This document shows positions 1 to 8,872 of a stretch of 49,302 nucleotides of DNA, one piece after another. The position numbers and the translations under genes were made by a program. Origin of the DNA: Candidatus Nomurabacteria bacterium RIFCSPHIGHO2_01_FULL_40_20 (GTDB taxonomy: Bacteria; Patescibacteriota; Minisyncoccia; Phycocordibacterales; UBA9973); NCBI GenBank assembly GCA_001786835.1, contig MFTO01000001.1, positions 1 to 49,302 of the forward strand, written 5' to 3'. The notes beneath the pieces are model-generated. The model was not told the DNA's origin. It was given only the letters and a program-made list of their open reading frames with translations, and made no database searches. The stretch's first letter is position 1, and every line of letters starts with the position of its first letter.

Positions 1-731
1 TCATTATTTTTCATAATTATAATATCCTCAAAATTATTCTCCTGCATGAGGTGAAGTATCCCTTGGCGAGAAAGCTCTAGCATTGCGAGGAATCCCACTA
101 TTATCACCACTTTTTCTTCTTTGGTTTGCGCGCTACCTGCAAATTCACGGAAGTTCATCTTGAGCGTGTTTTGAATTCGCTCGGTAAGTCGATCTATCAT
201 CTCTTCAATACTGATGACTTTTTTTACTTCCACCTCCGGCAAGGATATTTTCTTCGGCATCCTGCCCAAAACGCCCTCGGTGAAAGTCATCATAGATTCT
301 TTAGTAATCTGCTCATCCGGCAAAAATACTAAAACATCGTGTTTGCGTTCTTCGCCGGCGAAAATCATTTTCTTGCCAAAGTTCTCTTTTACATTTTGCG
401 AAAGTCGCATATACATCTCGTAGAGTCGGAGGCGATTTTCTAAACTTTTTATGTCGCCTTCTTCTTCGTCAGTGAGCATTAGGTTTGGCAAGAGAGATTT
501 GGATTTAATTAGAATGAGGGTGGAAGCAACTGTGATGAAGCTTGCGATATGCGCGGGCTCGAGGTCGCCAAGAGTGTTGATGTGCTTCAAATAATCCTCG
601 GTAACAGAGGCGAGCGAAATTTCATTGATAAAAAGCTTCCGTTCCTCTATCAAACTAAGCAACAAATTAAACGGCCCCTCAAATGAAGGGGTTTTGACCG
701 TATAAGCATTCGTCGCTGTATCCGTTTCCAC
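1..731 (-). CDS. scpA: Segregation/condensation protein A (ScpA), 3' end runs off the window
   Basis: Manual translation from GTG at 731: ...VKTPSFEGPFNLLLSLIEERKLFINEISLASVTEDYL... and C-terminal VGFLAMLELSRQGILHLMQENNFEDIII, typical of ScpA; no stop before the window edge, so absent from the ORF track. Confidence 0.9.
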   Translation of the reverse strand, partial: METDTATNAYTVKTPSFEGPFNLLLSLIEERKLFINEISLASVTEDYLKHINTLGDLEPAHIASFITVASTLILIKSKSLLPNLMLTDEEEGDIKSLENRLRLYEMYMRLSQNVKENFGKKMIFAGEERKHDVLVFLPDEQITKESMMTFTEGVLGRMPKKISLPEVEVKKVISIEEMIDRLTERIQNTLKMNFREFAGSAQTKEEKVVIIVGFLAMLELSRQGILHLMQENNFEDIIIMKNN

Positions 732-775
732 CCTTAGATATTAGCATTTTTTGTTAAAAAAGCTATACTGGACTG

Positions 776-3700
776 ATGCAAAAGAGGAAAAGGCAAAGCG
801 TTCGGCTGTCTAAAAATATTGTGCCGATAAAATATGATATCAAGCTTCATCCGGACTTGGAGAATTTTACTTTTAGAGGTGAGGAAGTCATAACCGTTGA
901 CCTAAAAAAAGAAACTAAAGAAATTACTCTCCACTCTAAAGAGATAGATATAGAAACTGCGAGAATCGGCGAAGAGTTTACTAAAAAGATTTCTTATAAT
1001 CAAAAATCTGAAACAGCTACTTTCGTATTCGCAAAAAAAATCAAAAAAGGAATGCATACGCTTACCATAACATTTCAAGGCATTCTAAACGACAAAATGC
1101 GCGGTTTTTATAAGAGTTCCTATATCTACGAGGGCAAGGTGCACCATATCGCGACCACGCAGTTTGAGGCCACAGACGCGCGCCGAGCTTTCCCTTGCTT
1201 TGACGAGCCGGCGCAGAAAGCGGTTTTCCATGTGTCGCTCGTCGTGCCGAAAGGCAAAACTGCAATCTCAAATACTCTGCCGATTTCAAAAATTGAACAT
1301 GAAGCTGGTTTTGAGGTTATAAAGTTTTCTCCCACTCCCAAAATGTCCACCTACCTTCTGGCTTTTATCGTCGGAGATTTTGAATACATTGAGAAAAAAT
1401 CAAAACGTGGTGTGCTGGTGCGAGTGTATACAACAGCCGGCAAAAAACATCAAGCAAAGTTTTCCTTGGACACGACGGTGAAAATGTTGGATTTCTATGA
1501 AAAATATTTTAATATTCCGTATCCGCTCAATACGCTCGACATGATTGCGATTCCGGATTTCTCTTCGCTCGCTATGGAAAACTGGGGCGCAATTACTTTC
1601 CGCGAAGTAGGGCTTTTGGTGGACGAAAAACACACTTCCACTGGGAGCAAGGAATTAATTGCCGAAGTCATCGCGCATGAACTCGCCCATCAATGGTTTG
1701 GGAACTTGGTTACTATGGAGTGGTGGACACACCTCTGGCTCAACGAAGGCTTCGCTTCCTATATTCCCTACCTTGCGATAGAAAAAGTTTTCCCAAAATG
1801 GAATACTACCTTCTGGCTTTTATCGTCGGAGATTTTGAATACATTGAGAAAAAATCAAAACGTGGTGTGCTGGTGCGAGTGTATACAACAGCCGGCAAAA
1901 AACATCAAGCAAAGTTTTCCTTGGACACGACGGTGAAAATGTTGGATTTCTATGAAAAATATTTTAATATTCCGTATCCGCTCAATACGCTCGACATGAT
2001 TGCGATTCCGGATTTCTCTTCGCTCGCTATGGAAAACTGGGGCGCAATTACTTTCCGCGAAGTAGGGCTTTTGGTGGACGAAAAACACACTTCCACTGGG
2101 AGCAAGGAATTAATTGCCGAAGTCATCGCGCATGAACTCGCCCATCAATGGTTTGGGAACTTGGTTACTATGGAGTGGTGGACACACCTCTGGCTCAACG
2201 AAGGCTTCGCTTCCTATATTCCCTACCTTGCGATAGAAAAAGTTTTCCCAAAATGGAATATTTGGGAGAGATTTGTCACCAATTCCCACGGCACCGGCTC
2301 GGCGCTTCGCTTGGACTCTCTTGTCAACACCCACCCCATAGAAGTAGAAGTGTACCATCCGGACGAAATCGGAGAGATTTTTGATGAAGTTTCTTATGCT
2401 AAAGGCGCGTCCGTTATCCGTATGCTCGCCGAATACATTGGCGAGAAAAATTTCCGAGATGGCTTGCGTTATTATTTAAAAAAGCACAGTTATAAAAACA
2501 CCGAGACTGTGCACCTCTGGCAAGCTTTTGAAAAAGTCTCTGGCCTACCTGTGCAAAAAATGATGCAAAACTGGACAGGCAAAAGTGGTTATCCGCTCAT
2601 CCGCGCTTCACTCACCTCACCACTTGGTACTCCGAGTACCAAGTTGATACTTTCGCAAGAGCGATTTTTCCTGAGTCCTGTTTCTAAAGCCAAAAGTAAA
2701 GACAAAACGATTTGGCAAATACCAATAACTCTACAATTCAAAAATTCGTCTAAAAATTTAGTGCAGAAACACTTTTTGAGCCGACTTTCGCAAGCTGTCG
2801 AGCTGAGAATGAGCGATTTTTCACCAGAAAAATACGCGACGGCGAAAAAAGTTGTTTCAAACGATTTTTGTATTAAAATTAACGCAGATGAGGCCGGATT
2901 TTACAGAGTGGCATACAGCAAAGAACTTTTGGATAAGCTCCACTCCCCTGTCGCTAAAAAAATCCTCTCTCCCATAGATCGGCTCGGAATTGTGCGGGAT
3001 TTGTTTGCTCTTGCGGAAGCTGGAGAAATTGAGACTACAGAAGTTTTGCAATTTCTCTCTGCTTACAAAAATGAAGATAGCTTTATAGTTTGGACGGAAA
3101 TCGCCGGAGGAATTTCTCGCTTAGAACAATTACTCGCAAAAACATCTGCGAAAGATGATTTGAAGAAATTTATCATCAAACTTTTCTTGCCAGTTTTTAA
3201 AAGATTGGGTTGGAACAAAAAGAAAAACGAAGAACACAGCGATACCCTTCTGCGCACTATTGCCATCTCTAAATTAGGCAGAGCCGGACACTCTAGCGTT
3301 ATCAAAGAAGCTCGCAAAAGATTTGCTTCCTTGAAACGAGGAGCGCATATGAACCCTGATTTACGGAGCGTAATTTATAGGGTTGTCGCTATTAGGGGAG
3401 GTAAAAAAGAATTTGATTATTTTATTAAAAAATACAAAGAAGAAACTTTACACGAAGAAAAGAATCGCATCGGAGGCACGCTCGGAGATTTCCAAAGTGA
3501 TAAAATTCTCTGCGAGACGGCAAACTTTGCGCTCTCCCCGCATGTTCGCACGCAAGATACCCCAAGTATCCTAGCGGGTCTTGCGCTCAATCCTCTTGGG
3601 CGAATGATTTGGCTCAAATGCATAAAATACAACTGGGATACTTTCCTTTCCCGCTATGGAGATGGCGGACATACCCTTTCTCATCTAATTCAACCGATAG

Positions 3701-3876
3701 CTGTCTCCCCCGAGAAAAAACATCTAGAATACTTCAAAACCTTCTTCGCCTCTCGCCCTGCCCCTGGCGCCCTACGCACCATAGAGCAAGTCCTAGAACG
3801 CATGGAGAACAATGTCCTCTGGCTATCGCGGAACGGGAAAAAGATTAGTAAATACTTATATGGTAGAAAAATTTAA
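776..3876 (+). CDS. pepN: M1 family (puromycin-sensitive/ERAP1-like) aminopeptidase, split into two ORFs by a 455-bp internal tandem duplication
   Basis: TQFEATDARRAFPCFDEP, AMENWG, HELAHQW..18..E motifs; removing one copy of the duplication gives a single 881-aa ORF. Confidence 0.9.
1351..2260. repeat. Exact 455-bp tandem duplication (1351-1805 = 1806-2260)
   Basis: Both copies run from ctaccttctggc to cccaaaatggaata; the ORF track shows identical shadow ORFs at an offset of 455. Confidence 0.97.
2622..2644. repeat. In-frame palindrome in pepN (11-bp arms)
   Basis: acttggtactc-c-gagtaccaagt, encodes LGTPSTK. Confidence 0.8.
2735..2874. mobile_element. About 140-bp MITE/RPE-like hairpin element read in-frame within pepN
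   Basis: Terminal inverted repeats aattcaaaaattcgt / acgatttttgtatt, nested gaaacactttttg / cgaaaaaagttgtttc and cgatttttc / gaaaaatacg. Confidence 0.55.
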
Positions 3877-3896
3877 AATTTGTTATAATACATAGC

Positions 3897-4802
3897 ATGA
3901 TGCGAGAATTAAGAGCAGGAAAAGGAGATTCTTTCATATATGAGGAAGATGTAACGCCAGCACTCGATAGATATCTCGAAGAAATTGGTAAGATACCTCT
4001 ACTTACTTCAGATGAAGAAGTTGATTTGGCAAAAAAAATAAAACAAGGAGACCAAAAAGCTCTAGAAAAATTAGTAAAAGCTAATCTACGTTTTGTAGTA
4101 AATGTGGCCAAACAATTTAGAGGTAGGGGGTTATCTTTTCAAGATTTAATAAATGAAGGTAATGGAGGGCTAATAAAGGCCGCTGAACGTTTTGATGAAA
4201 CGAAGGGTTTTAAATTTATTTCCTACGCAGTTTCTACAATTCGCACAAAAATAAATGAAGCTGTAATGGAATTTGGACGACTTACAAGAAAGCCCACTAA
4301 TGTTAATAAGGGCTTTACAAAACTTAACGAAACAAAACTCCAAAAGGAACAGGAATTAGGACAAGAATTATCTGTATATGAATTAGCTCATCTACTAAAG
4401 GAAAATCCAGATAAATCTTATATAAAAAATTTAGACCAAACATTAGACATTAGTACTAAACATACATCAATTGATGCACCTATAGTGTTTGACGACAAAG
4501 ATTCTCCAGCTATGGTAGACAACTTGGCGGACACATCTTCAAAAAATCCAGACTACGAATTAGAACACAACGAATCTTTAAAAAAAGAAATCAATACTAT
4601 ATTAAAAACATTTCCTGAAAAACAAAAGCAAATAATAGAACTATTTTTCTTTGATCCTGAACTTGGTTCCTTAAAAAACAAAGAAGAGAAATTTAAAGCA
4701 ATAGCTACTAGAATTGGTAGCGAAGTTAAGTGGACAAAAAGAGGGTATCGTATGGCAATAGAAAAATTGAAGAACTATTCACGTTTAAGAGAATATTTTT
4801 AG
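3897..4802 (+). CDS. Sigma-70 family RNA polymerase sigma factor (short RpoD/RpoS-like), divergent in regions 2.3-2.4 and 4.2
   Basis: LDRYLEEIGKIPLL, LVKANLRFVVNVAKQF, DLINEGNGGLIKAAERFDETKGFKFISYA. Confidence 0.9.
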   Translation: MMRELRAGKGDSFIYEEDVTPALDRYLEEIGKIPLLTSDEEVDLAKKIKQGDQKALEKLVKANLRFVVNVAKQFRGRGLSFQDLINEGNGGLIKAAERFDETKGFKFISYAVSTIRTKINEAVMEFGRLTRKPTNVNKGFTKLNETKLQKEQELGQELSVYELAHLLKENPDKSYIKNLDQTLDISTKHTSIDAPIVFDDKDSPAMVDNLADTSSKNPDYELEHNESLKKEINTILKTFPEKQKQIIELFFFDPELGSLKNKEEKFKAIATRIGSEVKWTKRGYRMAIEKLKNYSRLREYF

Positions 4803-4809
4803 ACGATTC

Positions 4810-5085
4810 CTAAATTCTTTTATTCGCGATTTCGTATACGACACTGCGGTGAGCGATTACAAATATTTTAACCCTTTTCCCTTCTATGCAAAAAACTACT
4901 CTATAATCCCCTACTCTCAATTTGAAATAACCTTTGAGTGATCTGCGAAGTGGTTTTCCATATAGGCTTGGCTCCGTAGTTAATTTTATTTCTATGTCTT
5001 GTTTTATACGTTTTTTATAGAAACTAGATATTTTTGGAATATCTTTCTTTACAACTTCGTCTGCGTATAATATTTCATAATTCAT
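4810..5085 (-). CDS. RelE/ParE family type II toxin
   Basis: 91 aa, YGKPLRRSLKGYFKLRVGDYRVVF...IAHRSVVY. Confidence 0.9.
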   Translation of the reverse strand: MNYEILYADEVVKKDIPKISSFYKKRIKQDIEIKLTTEPSLYGKPLRRSLKGYFKLRVGDYRVVFCIEGKRVKIFVIAHRSVVYEIANKRI

Positions 5086-5097
5086 ACAGTCACCGTT

Positions 5098-5319
5098 TTA
5101 CGCCCAAGCTTTTTTATGGCTATAAAAACGTGCTTTCTTATGATCACGCTTTTTTGCAATTTCACCGAGAACTATGTCTTCTTCTTGTTCCAGAGCTAAG
5201 GCTAAAAGATATACAGCTTTTGTAGCCATTGGAACACTGTCGCGCTTAGAAATACGAGATAGTAAAATATCTAAATCAGGCGACAATGAAATATTTAATC
5301 TTTTCTTTGTTGTAGGCAT
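5098..5319 (-). CDS. Ribbon-helix-helix antitoxin
   Basis: 73 aa, KKRLNISLS beta strand, acidic C-terminal half, directly upstream of the toxin. Confidence 0.8.
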   Translation of the reverse strand: MPTTKKRLNISLSPDLDILLSRISKRDSVPMATKAVYLLALALEQEEDIVLGEIAKKRDHKKARFYSHKKAWA

Positions 5320-5324
5320 ATCCT

Positions 5325-5355
5325 AAGTGTATCAAAAGTGTATCACCTGTGTCAA
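5325..5355 (-). promoter_or_regulatory. TA promoter TTGACA-N18-TACACT with aagtgtatca direct repeats (probable autoregulatory operator)
   Basis: Repeats at 5325-5334 and 5336-5345; -10 lies 6 nt before the ATG. Confidence 0.65.
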
Positions 5356-5392
5356 ATCCTAATCAATAAAGTTATCCACACCCGAGCTAAGG

Positions 5393-5428
5393 ACTTTAGT
5401 TGACTAAAGAACTTTAGTATGCTAAAGT
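5393..5428 (+). promoter_or_regulatory. yerC promoter (TTGACT-N17-TAAAGT) overlapped by two tandem ACTTTA-N6-TAAAG operator palindromes
   Basis: actttagttgactaaaga (5393-5410) and actttagtatgctaaagt (5411-5428). Confidence 0.75.
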
Positions 5429-5467
5429 CGTTAGGTAAGAGAGATAATACAAGAATAATACAAGAAT

Positions 5468-5836
5468 ATGAATATATACGATTTAAATAAACAAGTGAAA
5501 ATTGACTGGAAAGAGAAGAAAAACAAGCAGTTGGTGCGTTCCCTGCTTGCCCTTAAGACTCCCCTAGAAGCAGAGCGGTTTCTGCGCGACCTGATGACCG
5601 AACCGGAAATCAAAGAATTTGCTAACCGCCTAGAAGCGGCTAAATTGCTCTCCAAGAATGTCTACTACGACACCATCATCGAAGACACTGGCCTCTCTTC
5701 TGCTACCATTGCTCGCATCAAAAAGTGGCTCCTAGGGCCTCTTGGGGGCTACCGTTTAATACTTACTCGCTTATCGAACCATCACAATCCTACCAAACTT
5801 GGGAAAGGATTGTCTTTCAGTGGTGCGCCGAAGTAA
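5468..5836 (+). CDS. yerC: TrpR-like YerC/YecD (HisR-like) repressor
   Basis: FLRDLMTEPEIKEFANRLEAAKLL...TGLSSATIARIKKWL...GGY. Confidence 0.88.
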   Translation: MNIYDLNKQVKIDWKEKKNKQLVRSLLALKTPLEAERFLRDLMTEPEIKEFANRLEAAKLLSKNVYYDTIIEDTGLSSATIARIKKWLLGPLGGYRLILTRLSNHHNPTKLGKGLSFSGAPK

Positions 5837-5905
5837 TAAACAAAGGCGACTAGCATAATTGGAAACCAACCCCTTCTCAAGTTTGAGAGGGGTTTCTTTA
5901 TTGTT
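5780..5905 (+). promoter_or_regulatory. Putative His-sensing transcription attenuator overlapping the yerC 3' end
   Basis: His-His codons 5780-5785; caatcct/aggattg hairpin; 5794-5812 complementary to 5867-5885; terminator 5862-5896 followed by a U-rich tract. Confidence 0.7.
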
Positions 5906-5980
5906 TCCTGAACAATTAAGCGGTTGCTATATAACCGAATTAACAAAAATAGCGAATTGTACATTTAAAATTTAATACAG

Positions 5981-6460
5981 ATGGAAAATAATGTAAGATT
6001 AGGCTTCACGAAAAGGTATGCTGTGAGGTTAAAGAACACTAGTCCTGAAACTATTGAAAAAATTATAGTCAGGATGAACCAAATTGAAAAAGAGTCACTT
6101 GATGATTCCTTTGAAGTACATGAAGTTATTAAAAAAATATCTGAATTGTATTTCAAAAATGAATCAGGTAATTTTTTTAGTCTAGAGGAAGATGAGGGTA
6201 AGATAGTTTTTGCGTATCCATACTATCCTAATTACTACACATCTTTCATTACAGAAAATGAAATAAGATTGATAATTGACCAAATTATCAATAGACTTGA
6301 AGAAGTTGTGGAACTCAGAAAATTCAAGAGAAGGATGTCTTGGTTTTATCTTTGGTTTAACCTTTACTCTTATCCTATAGTTGTAGAAATTGATTTACTT
6401 TTTAACCCTTCGAAAGAATTGGGAAATCAGTATGAGGTTAAACTTCGCAATGATAAGTAA
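5981..6460 (+). CDS. Hypothetical protein (AT-rich)
   Basis: 159-aa ORF, no motif recognised. Confidence 0.6.
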   Translation: MENNVRLGFTKRYAVRLKNTSPETIEKIIVRMNQIEKESLDDSFEVHEVIKKISELYFKNESGNFFSLEEDEGKIVFAYPYYPNYYTSFITENEIRLIIDQIINRLEEVVELRKFKRRMSWFYLWFNLYSYPIVVEIDLLFNPSKELGNQYEVKLRNDK

Positions 6461-6536
6461 AAACTTGAAAATAAAAAGGTTCATTGCTTGAGTACCTGTA
6501 AATCGAGAGCAAAAAACAATAAAAACTAAATTAAAC

Positions 6537-7661
6537 ATGAAAAAAGATCAGTTTATTTTATCAGTTGACAAACTCCTTAACTCAGGAAGAAAAGATCCTG
6601 TTTCAGGAATATCACAACCACCTTTTGCTACTAAAAAAAGACAAGGAGTTGAATATCTTGAATATATTCTAGAAAACGGAATTAACGGAAAAAAATACGG
6701 ACCCGTATATGAAGATTCTGGAGATGAAATCATAAAATACTTATCAGCAATTCTCCAGCCAAAAAGGAGATTCGACGTTTTTGTACCGACTCTGTGTCTA
6801 AAGGACTTTGTTGACAAAGTTCTTCGAGGGCATTATCCAAAAAATATATACAAAGGAGTCAGTTACAATCCGCACCTGCTTGAGTATGGGGAAAAACTTG
6901 ATAACTTAGATTTTTTTAGTTATCTGTGTGAAGTAAGAGAATTTGTGACAGGTGAATCTGTTATTTTTGATGCAAGTTGTTATCATGCTTTGAATTTAAT
7001 AGATGTCGATTGGATATCTCCCAATGTTGCACCGGCTATTTGTCAAGAATTAGTCAGAACCTTTTTTTTAAACAATGAATTAAGGGAAAATTCTCTACTT
7101 CGTAAAGAGTATCTCTTGAGAATGAATAGTTTCTCTGGCTATCAAATGAAAATAATTTCAATGGCAGATGTTTTGACTGATCCAAAGAAAATAGGAGATT
7201 TTGAAAGTAGACTCACTTCAGGGCTTGCTCATTGCGAAACTTCAGTGGAAAACTCTCGCTTAAAAATTAGAAATTTTGTGAAATACAGAAGAATCGACAC
7301 AGAATTTTCCAAACTTTACACTCCATTAGTTCTTGCTGAAAATTTATATGCAAGAGAAATACTAAAGTGCAATGTTAAATTAGGTCCAATATCTGAGGTC
7401 AGTTTTGACAGTTTTATTTCAAAAATTCAGAGAGAAAAGTCTGGTTCTATGCAGTTTATTTGGTATACACGGCCGTTTGAAAAAGGAAGTTCTCCGGAAA
7501 CAACAATCTATAGTAAAGACAAAATGGATGTTGTAAAAAAGAAACTTTCTACTAATAAAGGTTATACGGATTGGTTGGATGATATAACTTCAACATTTTT
7601 CGTAAAAACAACGCCGTTGATGGAAAGGATTGAATGCATTATCAATGTATTAGAAAATTAG
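6537..7661 (+). CDS. Hypothetical protein, possibly a HUP-fold enzyme (isocyanide-synthase/CDPS-like)
   Basis: 374 aa; VFVPTLCLK...EYGEKLD...VIFDAS and YTPLVLAENLY...KLGPISEVSFD; weak resemblance only. Confidence 0.55.
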   Translation: MKKDQFILSVDKLLNSGRKDPVSGISQPPFATKKRQGVEYLEYILENGINGKKYGPVYEDSGDEIIKYLSAILQPKRRFDVFVPTLCLKDFVDKVLRGHYPKNIYKGVSYNPHLLEYGEKLDNLDFFSYLCEVREFVTGESVIFDASCYHALNLIDVDWISPNVAPAICQELVRTFFLNNELRENSLLRKEYLLRMNSFSGYQMKIISMADVLTDPKKIGDFESRLTSGLAHCETSVENSRLKIRNFVKYRRIDTEFSKLYTPLVLAENLYAREILKCNVKLGPISEVSFDSFISKIQREKSGSMQFIWYTRPFEKGSSPETTIYSKDKMDVVKKKLSTNKGYTDWLDDITSTFFVKTTPLMERIECIINVLEN

Positions 7662-7665
7662 GCTG

Positions 7666-7703
7666 ATAGCGACTTTAATTAACTAAAGTCGCTATTTTTT
7701 TTT
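7666..7703 (+). terminator. Intrinsic terminator
   Basis: atagcgacttta-attaac-taaagtcgctat followed by a T tract. Confidence 0.85.
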
Positions 7704-7728
7704 ATTCCTAAAGAAATTTAAACTTTAG

Positions 7729-7753
7729 GCGCGTTGATTTTGGCGGCGAGGAT
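7729..7753. repeat. 25-bp direct repeat of the phhB 3' end (other copy 8536-8560)
   Basis: gcgcgttgattttggc[g/a]gcgaggat, 1 mismatch. Confidence 0.85.
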
Positions 7754-8205
7754 TATTTAATATCAACCATATAAGCTTTTAAAAATGTTTCAATAGCGTC
7801 CACTGTGGACTCATTTAATTTAGCATTACTTTCAGCTACCCACTTTGCGAAATTGTATAATTCCTTTGTATCTACCTCTAACCACTTACCATTTTTGTGT
7901 AAAAAATAGAACATTGTTGTCATTGCAATGCGTTTATTTCCATTCTTAAAAGGATGATTTTTAATCATAAGGTAGAAAAGAATTGATGTTTTTTTAAGAA
8001 GCCCCGGATAAAGATCTTTGCCACCAAAAGTTTGAAACGGCGCCTCAATAGAGCGCTCAAGCGCGTTTGTATAACAAGTGCTAAAGTCTGGAATTGGTTC
8101 GGACCAAGTCATCGTCTCTTGAGCAAGACTGTGAGCTACATATTGGACATCTTTGACACTAATGCGCATTTTATTCTTTACCCAAGAGTTTGAGAGTTTC
8201 TCCAT
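7753..8205 (-). CDS. Fic/Doc family death-on-curing protein (true start possibly at MRISVKD)
   Basis: HPFKNGNKRIA Fic/Doc motif; APFQTFGGKDLYP. Confidence 0.9.
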   Translation of the reverse strand: MEKLSNSWVKNKMRISVKDVQYVAHSLAQETMTWSEPIPDFSTCYTNALERSIEAPFQTFGGKDLYPGLLKKTSILFYLMIKNHPFKNGNKRIAMTTMFYFLHKNGKWLEVDTKELYNFAKWVAESNAKLNESTVDAIETFLKAYMVDIK

Positions 8206-8449
8206 ACTCCTTTATTACTTTTTCGACTACTTGCTCAATGTCTTTCTTTTTTTCTTCGGTAAGAATACCTGTGTCATGAAAGAATTTATTACGGATAAAT
8301 TCCATAGGGATAGCGTATGCACGCCCTATCTTTTCTGCCGGCACCTGCCCTTTTTTTATTTTATTAAAAACAGCAATTCTGCTAATGCCAAGCATTTTTG
8401 CCAACTCGGCAACAGACACATATTTTTCTTTTTTATCCTTATTTTTCAT
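8171..8449 (-). CDS. Excisionase-like HTH protein, probable antitoxin of Doc
   Basis: YVSVAELAKMLGISRIAVFNKIKKGQVPAEKIGRAYAI; C-terminal IKEYGETLKLL; ttgttaacc/ggttaacaa inverted repeat upstream (8491-8520). Confidence 0.8.
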   Translation of the reverse strand: MKNKDKKEKYVSVAELAKMLGISRIAVFNKIKKGQVPAEKIGRAYAIPMEFIRNKFFHDTGILTEEKKKDIEQVVEKVIKEYGETLKLLGKE

Positions 8450-8527
8450 AGGTTTTTCTTTGTTAATCTCTGTATGCTGTATATTAACAATTGTTAACCT
8501 ATTTGTAAAGTGGTTAACAATATAACT

Positions 8528-8860
8528 TTATTTATGCGCGTTGATTTTGGCAGCGAGGATGAAGTCGTTCTCGGAGAGTCCACCGATGGCGTGGGTGGAG
8601 AGCTCTAGTTTTACTTTATTGTAGTTTATGTGGATATCTGGATGGTGTCCTTCCATTTCCGCAATATCAGCCACGAGGTTTACAAAATTTATAGCACCGA
8701 TAAAGTCCGCGAATTTGAATTCTTTGGAAATTTGCTTCGCATCCTCGCTCATAGTCCACCCCTCCACATCCGGCAGATAATTTCTCGCTTCTTCCGGAGT
8801 AAAGGGGTCTATATCCCCTCCCTCGCATGGTATGCATTTTTTCTTTAATAAGTCGTTCAT
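8528..8860 (-). CDS. phhB: Pterin-4-alpha-carbinolamine dehydratase
   Basis: EGHHPDI...STHAIGGLSENDFILAAKI. Confidence 0.95.
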   Translation of the reverse strand: MNDLLKKKCIPCEGGDIDPFTPEEARNYLPDVEGWTMSEDAKQISKEFKFADFIGAINFVNLVADIAEMEGHHPDIHINYNKVKLELSTHAIGGLSENDFILAAKINAHK

Positions 8861-8872
8861 AGGGCAATTATA

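Noticed and set aside
126-423. Plus-strand ORFs 126..332 and 214..423
   Set aside because: Shadows of scpA on the minus strand
1693-1805. N-terminus MVWELGYY... of ORF 1693..3876 as a separate gene
   Set aside because: Out-of-frame read of the first duplicate copy; a product of the 455-bp duplication
5372-5380. Perfect DnaA box TTATCCACA (near matches at 16282 and 44855) as a replication origin
   Set aside because: Isolated single boxes with no cluster and no dnaA nearby; at most regulatory
5468-5836. TrpR-like protein as a tryptophan regulator of trpS
   Set aside because: No matching operator seen at trpS; the His codons and operator form point to histidine
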